Virus record (IMG/VR): IMGVR_UViG_3300045116_000679
Coordinates: 3,109 to 67,108 of that record
Length of the DNA stretch: 64,000 bases
Source of the DNA: a virus
Reading direction: 5' to 3' (one strand)
The notes under the pieces are model-generated. The model saw only the letters and a list, made by a program, of their open reading frames with translations. It searched no databases and was not told the DNA's origin. Made by a program: the position numbers and the translations under genes. Of this stretch, positions 18,195 through 27,178 are shown in pieces; the stretch's first letter is position 1; each line of letters opens with the position of its first letter.

Positions 18195-18381
18195 CGTCGT
18201 GCGCCTGCGGCCCGAGACCGACCCGAAGGTCGGCCAAGCCTTCATGGCCTACGTGGCCGCGTTCCAGCGCGCCCAGGCCACAGGCAAGCTGCGGGACATG
18301 GCCGAGGCCGTGCGCACCTACGAGGCGTGGCTGGCCCTCTACATTCCGGACGAGGCCTCACGCCGGAGGGTGTGGCCATGA
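18187..18381 (+). CDS. Hypothetical protein
   Basis: GGAGG RBS, overlaps dnaB start. Confidence 0.55.
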   Translation: MGDVVRLRPETDPKVGQAFMAYVAAFQRAQATGKLRDMAEAVRTYEAWLALYIPDEASRRRVWP

Positions 18382-19823
18382 GCGGGCGCGTCGTTCCCTT
18401 CGCGCCGTCTCAGGACGAGAGCCTGCCGCACAGCACCGAGGCCGAGCAGGCACTGCTCGGCGCGCTGCTGCTGCATAACGAGCAGCTCGGCGAGATCGCG
18501 GCCCTGGTGCGCCCGGAGCACTTCTTCTGGGCCGATCACCAGGAGGTGTTCGCCTGCATCGAGGCGCTGATCGCCGCCGGCCGCCCGGCGAGCCCCATCA
18601 CGGTCAAGAGCTATCTCGGCCGGGACGACATCGCTGGGGAGCCGGCGATGAAGTACCTCGCCCATCTCGCCAGCGCGGCCGCCTCCTGGAACGCGCGGGG
18701 CTACGCCGACATCGTGCGCGACATGGCCACCCGTCGCGAGATGTACGCGATCGGCCAGGAGCTCATGCAACGGGCTCGCTTCGATCCGGCCGACGTCTCC
18801 GGCCAAGCGATGATCGAGGAGACCGAGGCTCGCCTGCTCGCCGCGCGCGCGATCGTCCCGCAGCCCCACCTCGCCGGGCAGTCGGCCGCCGATGGCTCGG
18901 CCTGGATGATGGACCGGATCACCGCTTTACGGACCGGGCAGATTGAGCGGAACTCGATCGCGAGCGGGCTGCCGGACCTCGACCGTGCGACGAGCGGCGG
19001 TTTCCAGCGGGGGCAGCTGTGGCTGCTGGCCGGACGGCCCGGCATGGGCAAGACCGTCGTGATGACGTCACTCAGCCGCTATGCGGCGCGCGACGCGGGC
19101 GTGCTGGTGTTCCAGTGCGAGGTCACGCGCGATCAGCAATGGGCGCGCTACCTCGCGGATCTCGCCTACCTGCATGGCCATCCGCTGCCGTTCGGTCGGA
19201 TCATGGAAGGTACCGACCTGACCGACGAGGAGGTCTGGCGGCTCGACAATGCGCGGCAACGCCTCTCGCGTCTGCACCTTCGGGTCGAATGCGAGCCGAG
19301 CGTTTCGATCGCTCAGATCGCGTTCGCCGTGAAGGCGGAGAAGAAGCGCCTCGCCGCACAGGGCGTGCGTCTTGGCGTGGTGTTCATCGACTACCTGAAA
19401 TTCGTGAAGGTGTCGGACCGCTATCGCGGCAACCGGGTGCTTGAGATCGGCGAGATTTCGGGCGCGCTGAAGCAGATGGCGAAGGCGGAGGACATCTGCG
19501 TCGTCCTGCTCGCGCAGCTCAACCGCCAAGTCGAGGCGCAGGGCCGCGAGGATCGCCGGCCTACCGTCGCCGACCTGCGCGACTCGGGCGAGCTGGAGCA
19601 GGACGCCGACACGGTGATGCTGCTCTACCGAGACGCGGTCTATCTCGAACGCAAGATCAAGTCTGGCGGCGGCGACGCAGAAACCTCGGCGCGCCTCATC
19701 GACCGGCAGAATAGCCTCGAAATCATCCTCGGCAAGAACCGCTCGGGCCCGACCTGCACCCTGGATCTGTGGTGCGACGTGCCTTCCTCGTCCATCGCAC
19801 AGCACGCCAGGGGGCCGGTATGA
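18378..19823 (+). CDS. dnaB: Replicative DNA helicase, DnaB family
   Basis: PHSTEAEQALLG, AGRPGMGKT, IDYL, LAQLNR, DLRDSGELEQDAD, KNRSGP. Confidence 0.95.
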   Translation: MSGRVVPFAPSQDESLPHSTEAEQALLGALLLHNEQLGEIAALVRPEHFFWADHQEVFACIEALIAAGRPASPITVKSYLGRDDIAGEPAMKYLAHLASAAASWNARGYADIVRDMATRREMYAIGQELMQRARFDPADVSGQAMIEETEARLLAARAIVPQPHLAGQSAADGSAWMMDRITALRTGQIERNSIASGLPDLDRATSGGFQRGQLWLLAGRPGMGKTVVMTSLSRYAARDAGVLVFQCEVTRDQQWARYLADLAYLHGHPLPFGRIMEGTDLTDEEVWRLDNARQRLSRLHLRVECEPSVSIAQIAFAVKAEKKRLAAQGVRLGVVFIDYLKFVKVSDRYRGNRVLEIGEISGALKQMAKAEDICVVLLAQLNRQVEAQGREDRRPTVADLRDSGELEQDADTVMLLYRDAVYLERKIKSGGGDAETSARLIDRQNSLEIILGKNRSGPTCTLDLWCDVPSSSIAQHARGPV

Positions 19824-20986
19824 CTGCCCAGCACGAACTGCCTGCACCGCTGGTGCCGGCCGATACCGACATCTCCGGCTTCGGCTCGTTCATGCTCGAC
19901 GTCGACCGGCTGTTCGCCTCGGAACTCTGGGCGCTCTCCTCCGGCGAGGAGTTCAAGGCCGCGGTCGCGCTCTGGGGCCGGGCATGGCAGCAGACACCGG
20001 CGGGCTCGCTGCCCGACGACGAGCGCCTGCTGGCGGCCTTCTCGGGCGCCGGCAAGCGGTGGCCGAAGGTCCGCGAAGTCGCCATGCGCGGGTTCGTGAA
20101 ATGCAGCGACGGACGATTTTACCATCGGGTTTTGTGCGAGGACGTTCTCAAGGCCGCGCGGCTCAAGCGCGAGAGACTGGAGAGAACGCACAAGGCCTCC
20201 GAGGCTCGTCGCCGCAAGGGTGATGACTCGCCAAACCCTCCGTCGAGCGGCAAAAAACTCAATGGAGTCAACGAAACGGGCAATCGTCACGATCAACGTC
20301 ACGATGACCGTAACGATGTACGTGACGACCACCGTAACGATGTACGTCACGAGCACCGTCACGATGCGCACGCGCAGACCGTGACGACCAACGTAACGTG
20401 CTCCCATAGACAGGACAGGACAGGACCTAACAGTAGAAGAGAATCCCAACCGCCCGCGCTACAGCCAGACCCCGCGAGCCAAGGCCCCGGTGCCGCGGCC
20501 GGGGCGGCGGCCGTGCCCAGGGATTGGAACACCCGGGAGAATTTCGACCGGGTCGAGCGGCGCTGTCGCGAAGTCCTGCCCGGCACCTGGGTCGTCGACC
20601 CGCTCGTCAGCCCGATCGTCCGGCTGGAGGCGGACGGGCTCGACCTGGAGCGTGAGATCATCCCGGCCATCCTCGACATCGTCGCAGGATCCCGGGTGCC
20701 GATCCGGACTTGGTCGCTGCTCGCCAACCGCATCGCCGAGCGCGTCGCCGCTCAGCGCGCCAGCCGCGTTGCGGCCGGTCTCGGAGCCGTACCGCAGGCC
20801 GCCGCGGCACCCGAAGACCTCGTCGACCTCGGCGCCGCTTACGGCCGGCACAGCGAGGCGTCGCTACGACAGGCCATCGCGAATTTCCGCAGCACCGGCA
20901 ACTGGTTCGAGAGCGTTTTCGGACCGCCTCCGGGCGTCGCCGGCTGCCGCGTCCCCGCCCGCCTGCTGATCGCCGAGGCGGCCTGA
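19820..20986 (+). CDS. Replication initiator, DUF1376/YdaU-like
   Basis: FMLDVDRLFASELW...WQQTPAGSLPDDERLLA; internal iteron-like repeats. Confidence 0.8.
   Translation: MTAQHELPAPLVPADTDISGFGSFMLDVDRLFASELWALSSGEEFKAAVALWGRAWQQTPAGSLPDDERLLAAFSGAGKRWPKVREVAMRGFVKCSDGRFYHRVLCEDVLKAARLKRERLERTHKASEARRRKGDDSPNPPSSGKKLNGVNETGNRHDQRHDDRNDVRDDHRNDVRHEHRHDAHAQTVTTNVTCSHRQDRTGPNSRRESQPPALQPDPASQGPGAAAGAAAVPRDWNTRENFDRVERRCREVLPGTWVVDPLVSPIVRLEADGLDLEREIIPAILDIVAGSRVPIRTWSLLANRIAERVAAQRASRVAAGLGAVPQAAAAPEDLVDLGAAYGRHSEASLRQAIANFRSTGNWFESVFGPPPGVAGCRVPARLLIAEAA
20285..20400 (+). repeat. 12-bp iteron-like tandem repeats (putative replication origin)
   Basis: CGTCACGATCAA CGTCACGATGAC CGTAACGATGTA CGTGACGACCAC CGTAACGATGTA CGTCACGAGCAC CGTCACGATGCG, then two further copies. 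Confidence 0.75.
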
Positions 20987-21027
20987 CCCTTCACCCGGCG
21001 GCGAGGCCGCCATCGCAGGAGAGACCC

Positions 21028-21474
21028 ATGCCCGACGAAAAGCTCACCCTCAGCCTGGACGCCTCCCGGCCGCTGCTCGTCATGACCACAGCGAACCTCG
21101 TCGCGGCCTACGTCCAGCGCAACGCCGTGCCGGCCGCCGAGCTGCCCGGGCTGATCGCCTCGGTGCACGGCGCCCTGACCAGCCTCGGGCAGCCCGTGGA
21201 GCCCGTGGCCGAAGCGCCCGTCCCGCCGGTGCCGATCCGCAAGACCGTCACGCCGGACGCCATCATCAGCCTGGAGGACGGCCGGCCGTACAAGACCCTG
21301 CGCCGGCACCTCGCCGGGCGTGGGCTCACCCCCGAGCAGTACCGGGCGAAGTGGGGCCTTCCGCGGGACTACCCGATGACCGCCGCGAACTACGCCGCGC
21401 AGCGCTCCCAGCTCGCCAAGGCGGCCGGCCTGGGCGCCAGCCGGCGCAAGAACCCGCTTCCCGAAGCCGCCTGA
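21028..21474 (+). CDS. mucR: Ros/MucR-family transcriptional regulator
   Basis: LVAAYVQRNAVPAAELPGLIASVH...PVPIRKTVTPDAIISLEDGRPYKTLRRHL...GLTPEQYRAKWGLPRDYPMTA. Confidence 0.95.
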   Translation: MPDEKLTLSLDASRPLLVMTTANLVAAYVQRNAVPAAELPGLIASVHGALTSLGQPVEPVAEAPVPPVPIRKTVTPDAIISLEDGRPYKTLRRHLAGRGLTPEQYRAKWGLPRDYPMTAANYAAQRSQLAKAAGLGASRRKNPLPEAA

Positions 21475-21532
21475 CCGCCCGGCCCGGCGCGCCGCCGCCG
21501 GGCTCCCCTCGTCCCGCGTAGAGTGCCCGCCG

Positions 21533-22297
21533 ATGACCCCCAAGCAACGCCGCCGCCGCCGCCGCGACAAGGCCCGTCGCGAGAAGTCCCGGATCACGGC
21601 TGAGGCCGCCCGCGAGAGCCTGCACCGCCAGGGCGAGCTCGCCCAGGAAGCCCTCGCCGCCATGCAGGCCGACATCGAGGTCGCTCAGGCGGCCGGAGAC
21701 GGCGATGCTGCCCAGCCGGCGCCCCAGGAACCCGCGGGCGCCCCACAGCCCGCCCAAGGCGGCGGCAAGCGGCGCAAAACCGCTATCGACGCCGGACGCC
21801 GCTGGCACGTCGTCGTCGCCAAGCCGCGTTTCGCCCGCCGGGCCGTGAAGGATCTCGCCAAGGCCGGCATCCCGGCGGTGCTCACCGACGAGCGGGTCGA
21901 GCTGGTCGAGGAGAACGGCCGGCGCCGGATCGTGCAGCGCCAGCTCCTGCGCCGCGTGCTCTTCGTCGGCCTTACCGCGGCCGCTACCATCGAGGACGTC
22001 CACGATCGCACGTTCTTCGTCCGGGACGCCGTCCGCGATGGCCAGGGCCGCGCGATCCACGTCCCGCCCGCCGAGCTGCAGAACTTCGTCGATGGCCTCG
22101 CCGATACGCTCACCGAACGCGACCCGAACGCATACGAGGAAGGCGACGAGGTCCGCATCAAGTCCGGCCCCTTCGCTTCGTTCACCGGAATCGTCGAGGA
22201 GGCAGACTTCGCGTCGAGGCGACTCAAGGTAGCCGTGCAGATCTTCGGCCGCGCGAGCCCCGTTGGACTCGACTTCGCCGAGGTCGAGCGGGCTTGA
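21533..22297 (+). CDS. NusG-family (NGN+KOW) transcription antiterminator
   Basis: WHVVVAKP NGN start; EGDEVRIKSGPFASFTGIVEE...KVAVQIFGRASPV KOW domain. Confidence 0.88.
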   Translation: MTPKQRRRRRRDKARREKSRITAEAARESLHRQGELAQEALAAMQADIEVAQAAGDGDAAQPAPQEPAGAPQPAQGGGKRRKTAIDAGRRWHVVVAKPRFARRAVKDLAKAGIPAVLTDERVELVEENGRRRIVQRQLLRRVLFVGLTAAATIEDVHDRTFFVRDAVRDGQGRAIHVPPAELQNFVDGLADTLTERDPNAYEEGDEVRIKSGPFASFTGIVEEADFASRRLKVAVQIFGRASPVGLDFAEVERA

Positions 22298-22322
22298 CTC
22301 ACCGTCAGCCCGCGTTTTATGC
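22294..22322 (+). promoter_or_regulatory. Putative late promoter (pR'-like)
   Basis: TTGACT overlapping the NusG-like stop codon, AT-rich GTTTTATG at -10 spacing. Confidence 0.45.
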
Positions 22323-22324
22323 AG

Positions 22325-22910
22325 CTGCCAGGAGCAACCTGTGTGCGTAGGCGCTGACGTCCCCGGACCGATGCTTGCCCCCCAGGTCCCGGCCCACGTT
22401 GGCCCCGAGCGGGGATGAGCGAGGCAAAGGGCGGCTTGTGTCGAAAGCAGGCCGGCTCCGACCCCTTCACGAGATCGATGCGGCGGCGTGATGAAGCCGG
22501 CGAAGCAAGGTGGCCTCGCTGTCATGCCCCTCACGCGGGGAGTGAGTTGAACCGGCCCGCATCGACCGAGACGCAGGACCGACGCTCCGGGGATCGGCAC
22601 CCGTGACGCGAGGATCTGCGGGCGCCGCGGCCGCACACCGCGGCGCCACCCTATTCAGGCGGGAGATCCGCGAGAGCCCGATACCCCTCATGGGGCAGCA
22701 GGGCCGAAGCCCAGCCCGACCACGGACGCCCTCGGGCAAGTCGGGTGAACAGCGGACACGAGTTCGACGCGGCGACACGGTGAAAGGGCTTCGGCCCTGA
22801 GCCTCCGGGCGCTGCAACGCCCGGAGGCAATCCGGCAGCCGTAGAGCGCCCTCCGGGTCCCGGGCGTTCGTGATGTGAGGTTCAGGCCGGGCCTCACCCG
22901 CGTCGAGACC
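22325..22910 (+). ncRNA. Candidate large structured ncRNA
   Basis: No convincing ORF; many local hairpins and several 8-9 bp long-range complementary pairs; abuts tRNA. Confidence 0.6.
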
Positions 22911-22912
22911 AT

Positions 22913-22987
22913 TGCGGTGTGGGGCAGCGGCAGCCCGTCAGGTTCATACCCTGAAGGTCGAAGGTTCGAGTCCTTTCACCGCAACCA
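22913..22987 (+). tRNA. tRNA-Met(CAT), initiator-like
   Basis: Acceptor TGCGGTG/CACCGCA+ACCA, D arm GGGC/GCCC, anticodon arm TCAGG-TTCATAC-CCTGA, T arm GAAGG-TTCGAGT-CCTTT. Confidence 0.92.
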
Positions 22988-23311
22988 ACCACCACGATGA
23001 GACCGGCGATGTTCGAGATCGCGCGCAGCTCCTGGGCCGTCTACCGCGGATGGCGCCGCCTCGGCTCCGGGCTCCGTGAGAGCATCGGCGCGGCCGCCGG
23101 CTACTTCATCGCCTCGCGCCAGCAGCGCCGCCGCCTTCGCCAGGTGCACAGCCGCGTCGCGGTCCGGCCGATGAAGACCAGCCCCGCCCATCCCGCCTCG
23201 CCCCTCTACGGCGGCCACGTCTATCCGGACACCACCTGCGCCGCCGCGCACGGGCACGCCCCCGCCGGTGGGGATTGCGGCTCGGCCGGCGGCGAGTAAC
23301 CGAGAGTCACC

Positions 23312-23962
23312 ATGCCGGCACGCAACAAAGTTTCGCCTATTAAAAGAGCGGCGGCGCCCGAGATCGAGTTGCGCCCCCTCGATGAACTGACGCCTTACGT
23401 TAGGAACGCCCGCACCTACTCGCGGGAGCAGATCGAGCAGCTGAAGCAGTCGATCCTCACCTTCGGCTGGACCAACCCGATCCTGGCGGATGACAAGGGC
23501 ATCGTGGCGGGGCACGCCCGCTCGATCGCCGCGCGCGAGCTGTACGAGGCCGGCGAGACGCTTCGCTTCCCGGGCGGGGCCGAAATCTCGAGCGGCATGG
23601 TCCCCGTCGTCGACTGCACCGGATGGTCGGACGAGAAGCGGCGCGCCTACATCCTCGCCGACAACCAGCTGGCCCTCAACGCCGGCTGGGATCCGACGAT
23701 GCTGAACATCGAGTTCGGTGAGCTCGAGGCGGCGAACTTCGATTTGGCCCTGACCGGATTCACGCCGGCCCAGATCGAGGACTTCGCCGCGGCTGCCACC
23801 TCGCCCCCTGGGGGCGCCGCCAGCGGCATCGAGAACCCGCCGGAAAGCGCCTACCGCGAGCAGTACGGCGTCATCGTGGTGTGCGCCTCCGAGGCCGAGC
23901 AGCGCGACGTCTACGAGCGCCTCACCGGCGAGGGCCTTACCTGCAAGGTGGTGACCACATGA
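23312..23962 (+). CDS. ParB/Srx N-terminal domain protein
   Basis: LTPYVRNARTYS...FGWTNPILAD...IVAGHAR...AYILADNQL. Confidence 0.88.
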   Translation: MPARNKVSPIKRAAAPEIELRPLDELTPYVRNARTYSREQIEQLKQSILTFGWTNPILADDKGIVAGHARSIAARELYEAGETLRFPGGAEISSGMVPVVDCTGWSDEKRRAYILADNQLALNAGWDPTMLNIEFGELEAANFDLALTGFTPAQIEDFAAAATSPPGGAASGIENPPESAYREQYGVIVVCASEAEQRDVYERLTGEGLTCKVVTT

Positions 23963-25131
23963 AGGTCTCCGTCCGCAACCGCTGCTCTGACTTCACGTCG
24001 TACCGCGCCGCCCGGGTCAAGAGCCTGTTCAACGCCGAGAACGGCTGCAACTTCGACTTCGACGCCGACCTCGACATCGATGACGACGGCTGGTCGATCG
24101 GCGTCGTGGTGGGGCCGTCGGGCTCCGGCAAGACCTCGATCGGCTCGCGCATCTTCGGCGGCCCCGAGGCATTGTGGGCGCCCGAGTGGCCCGCCGATCG
24201 CCCGCTGGTGGACTGCATCGCCCCCGATGGTGACTTCGACGCGGTGACCTCCGCGCTGGGCTCCGTCGGCCTCGGCACCGTGCCGACTTGGCTGCGCCCA
24301 TACGCGGTGCTCTCGAACGGCGAGAAATTCCGGGCCGACCTCGCGCGCCTCGTGGTCGAGGCCCCGGCGGCCGCCGTGGTCGACGAGTTCACGTCCGTCG
24401 TCGACCGCCAGATCGCGAAGTTCGGCGCCCTCGCCTTCTCCAAGTCGTGGCGCCGCCTCAAGGGCTGCAAGGTCGTCCTCCTCACCCCCCATTACGACGT
24501 GATCGAGTGGCTGGAGCCCGATTGGGTCTTCGACACGGCGAAGAAGACCTCCGCAAGGGGGCGCCTTCGACGACCTAAATTCGATCTCGAAATCTGGAAG
24601 ACGGACGGCAGTTACTGGCCGTTGTTTGAGCCGCATCACTATCTGAAACTGCCCCGCATGGTCGGGGCGGCCTACTACGTGGGGACCGTGGACGGCGAAC
24701 TCGCCTGCCATCTCGCGGTGTCGTCGGCGAACAAAGGCGGGTCCGCCGAGGCTCGGGCTTGCCGTCTGGTCACCATGCCGGAGTGGCAGGGGGCCGGCGT
24801 CGGCTTCCGGTTCCTGAACGAGATCTGCGCCATGCAGGAGCATGGGTCACCGGACGCCCGACTTCCCGGCCGGTGCACGACCACGATGTTCCACACGAGT
24901 CACCCGCAGCTGTGCGCGGCGCTGCGCCGGGACAAGCGGTGGCGGCAGGTCAGCTGCAACATGCACGGCGTGAACAAGGGCAAGTCGGCGCGGACGGTGA
25001 AGGAGTCGAAGGCGCGCACGGGGGCGGGCCGCAAGTTCAACGTCGGCGCGACCGGCTATGGCGGACACCTGCGTGCCGCGCAAGGATTCCGCTACTACGG
25101 CGCCAAGGGCCTCGCCGCGGCGGCCGCCTAG
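23959..25131 (+). CDS. ABC-type ATPase fused to GNAT acetyltransferase-like domain
   Basis: GPSGSGKT, LSNGEKFR, VVDEFTS; C-terminal HHYL and RLVTMPEWQGAGVG (GNAT motif A). Confidence 0.85.
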   Translation: MKVSVRNRCSDFTSYRAARVKSLFNAENGCNFDFDADLDIDDDGWSIGVVVGPSGSGKTSIGSRIFGGPEALWAPEWPADRPLVDCIAPDGDFDAVTSALGSVGLGTVPTWLRPYAVLSNGEKFRADLARLVVEAPAAAVVDEFTSVVDRQIAKFGALAFSKSWRRLKGCKVVLLTPHYDVIEWLEPDWVFDTAKKTSARGRLRRPKFDLEIWKTDGSYWPLFEPHHYLKLPRMVGAAYYVGTVDGELACHLAVSSANKGGSAEARACRLVTMPEWQGAGVGFRFLNEICAMQEHGSPDARLPGRCTTTMFHTSHPQLCAALRRDKRWRQVSCNMHGVNKGKSARTVKESKARTGAGRKFNVGATGYGGHLRAAQGFRYYGAKGLAAAAA

Positions 25132-25514
25132 CCCCAGTCGATCATCACGCCCTCGAACTCCACCCCGGTGGCGCCACGCGGCGCGTGTGTGTCGATCCAG
25201 AACCGGGCCATGTCGCCCAGGTCCTCGAACCCATCGGCGCGCGCGAAGACCTCCATCTGGCGGGGCGAGAGCGGCGCCCCGGCGACCTCGAACAGCTCGA
25301 CGGGCCCGGCCGGGCCGAACACGAGCCGCACCGGCGTGACCGCGGTGCATGTTGCCCGCCGGATGAGCCGACAGGCCGGGGTGCGCATCCCAACGTACAG
25401 CTGCAGCGCCTCCCCGGGCCGGGCATGGCGCGGCCGCGGCGCCCGGATTGTCCGGGTCTTGGCGCCGGAGGCCAGGGCGGGTTCGAAGCGGGCGGTGAAC
25501 GAGTAGGCGACCAT
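25128..25514 (-). CDS. ASCH/PUA-like domain protein (copy 2)
   Basis: MVAYSFTARF...GAKTRTIRAPR; clear paralog of 4427-4852. Confidence 0.75.
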   Translation of the reverse strand: MVAYSFTARFEPALASGAKTRTIRAPRPRHARPGEALQLYVGMRTPACRLIRRATCTAVTPVRLVFGPAGPVELFEVAGAPLSPRQMEVFARADGFEDLGDMARFWIDTHAPRGATGVEFEGVMIDWG

Positions 25515-25593
25515 GAGCCCTATGTGCTCGCTGGCCGCGAACAAGAAAAGGCGGGCCGACGCCCGCCTTGTCGATGGTCAGCGGATGCGCCGG

Positions 25594-26529
25594 TCAGGCG
25601 GCCGCGGCCTGGGCGGCGGCGGTGTGCAGGAACACCGCGCCCTTGTCGCCCTCGGTCATCGTGACGGTCACGCCCTGGCCGGTGGCCTCGGCCTCCGCGA
25701 AGGTCAGCGCGTCAGCGGCGGTCTCGAACTGGCCGACTGGGATCCAGCGGCCGTCCGCCATCGTGTAGGCCCGCACACCGGCCTCCTCGGCGGGGACGCC
25801 GAACCAACGGGTGTCCGAGCCCTCGCGGCACCGGTGGAGCTTGAGACCGGCACGCTGGGTGGCGCCGAAGAAGCCACCGAGCTTCGTCCAGCCGGTCAGC
25901 GCGCGGATGTCCTCGTTGGTGACCCCGGCATCGGCGCGGGCGGCGGCGACGAGGGCGGCGGACTTGCCGCGGGGCTCGCCGGGGGCCCCGGCCGAGGTGG
26001 GCTTACGGGCGGCGGCCCTGGCGCGGGCGTGGCGGGTCTCGGCGAGCTCGCGGGCCTTGGCGGCCATGCCGGGCCCGCTCTCGATCGCGGCGGGCTTGCC
26101 GGTGATGCGGGCGCGCACCTCAGCCACCAGGGCGCGAGCGTCGAACACATCGTCGGCATTGCGCTCCCGCTCGCCGGCATGCTCGTCCTCCCGGTCGGCC
26201 TCGGCCGCCTCGTCCTCGGCCGAGATGAACGCGGTCACGTGGGCGTCGAACGGCGCCGCGCGGACGACGCGGAGGGTCACGTGGTCGTCGTGCTGCAGCT
26301 CGCCGGCAACCGCCCGCATGGGCGCGGGGGCGGGGGGCGCGACCTGGGTGATGATGGTCGGCGCGCCGTCCTCGATCTCGATCGTCAAGCCGCGCTCCGC
26401 AAGCGCCTCGGCGACCCGCTTCGCGCCGACCTTCACGGACTCGAACCGGCGAGTCTCCTTGCCGGTGACCTGGGTGAACAGGCCGGCGAGTACGACGTTC
26501 GACAGGGTCAAGAGGATCTGAGTGTTCAT
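25594..26529 (-). CDS. Hypothetical protein with DUF3489-like wHTH segment
   Basis: GKSAALVAAARADAGVTNEDIRALTGW; GAGG RBS. Confidence 0.6.
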   Translation of the reverse strand: MNTQILLTLSNVVLAGLFTQVTGKETRRFESVKVGAKRVAEALAERGLTIEIEDGAPTIITQVAPPAPAPMRAVAGELQHDDHVTLRVVRAAPFDAHVTAFISAEDEAAEADREDEHAGERERNADDVFDARALVAEVRARITGKPAAIESGPGMAAKARELAETRHARARAAARKPTSAGAPGEPRGKSAALVAAARADAGVTNEDIRALTGWTKLGGFFGATQRAGLKLHRCREGSDTRWFGVPAEEAGVRAYTMADGRWIPVGQFETAADALTFAEAEATGQGVTVTMTEGDKGAVFLHTAAAQAAAA

Positions 26530-26668
26530 CGGTATTCCTCGTGTGTATCCGGGCTGGACCCCGGGCGATCTGCTTCGCTCAATTCGGTGAGCCAGATTTG
26601 TTTGCTCCTACTTGAGAGCAGAAGCCAGCCCCCGCGCGAGCGAAAACCCAAAAAATCTGGGTAGTAAC

Positions 26669-27178
26669 GTGGCCAAACGATCGAAGCCGGTGGCGCCGAC
26701 ACCGCCGCCCCCCGAGACCGAGCGCCGCAAAGGCGGGCGGCCGCCGTACGAGCCGACCAAGACCCACAGGGACTCGGTTCAGACGATGACCGCGTACGGC
26801 ATCCCGCAAGAGGAGATCGCCGCGGTCCTCGGCATCAGCCACGTCACGCTGCGCAAATACTACGCCCGCGAGATCGCGACCGGGGCCACCCTGGCGAACT
26901 CGAAGGTCGCCGAGGCGCTCTACCTGTCGGCCACGGGTGACGGCCCGCAGAAGGTCACGGCGCAGATCTTCTGGCTGAAGACCCGGGCCCGGTGGAAGGA
27001 ACCGCCGAAGGAAGTCAGCGGCCCCGGGGGCGGCCCGATCGCCACCGCGAATGTCGACCTGAGAAACCTCACCGATGAGCAACTTACGGCGCTCGAGTCT
27101 ATCTTCAGTGCGCTTGCCGGCGAGCCCGGCGGTGATGATGGCGGCACTGAGAGCGGAGAAGGCGAGGAGGGCGCGTGA
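26669..27178 (+). CDS. Terminase small subunit
   Basis: GRPPYEPT...GIPQEEIAAVLGIS..TLRKYY...AQIFWLKTRARW; upstream of TerL. Confidence 0.85.
   Translation: MAKRSKPVAPTPPPPETERRKGGRPPYEPTKTHRDSVQTMTAYGIPQEEIAAVLGISHVTLRKYYAREIATGATLANSKVAEALYLSATGDGPQKVTAQIFWLKTRARWKEPPKEVSGPGGGPIATANVDLRNLTDEQLTALESIFSALAGEPGGDDGGTESGEGEEGA

Noticed and set aside
22415-22912. Short ORFs in the NusG-tRNA interval
   Set aside because: No RBS or motifs, Arg/Pro/Gly-rich shadow translations; RNA structure explains the region better
22997-23299. ORF directly after the tRNA
   Set aside because: Weak RBS and no recognisable motif; possible but unsupported
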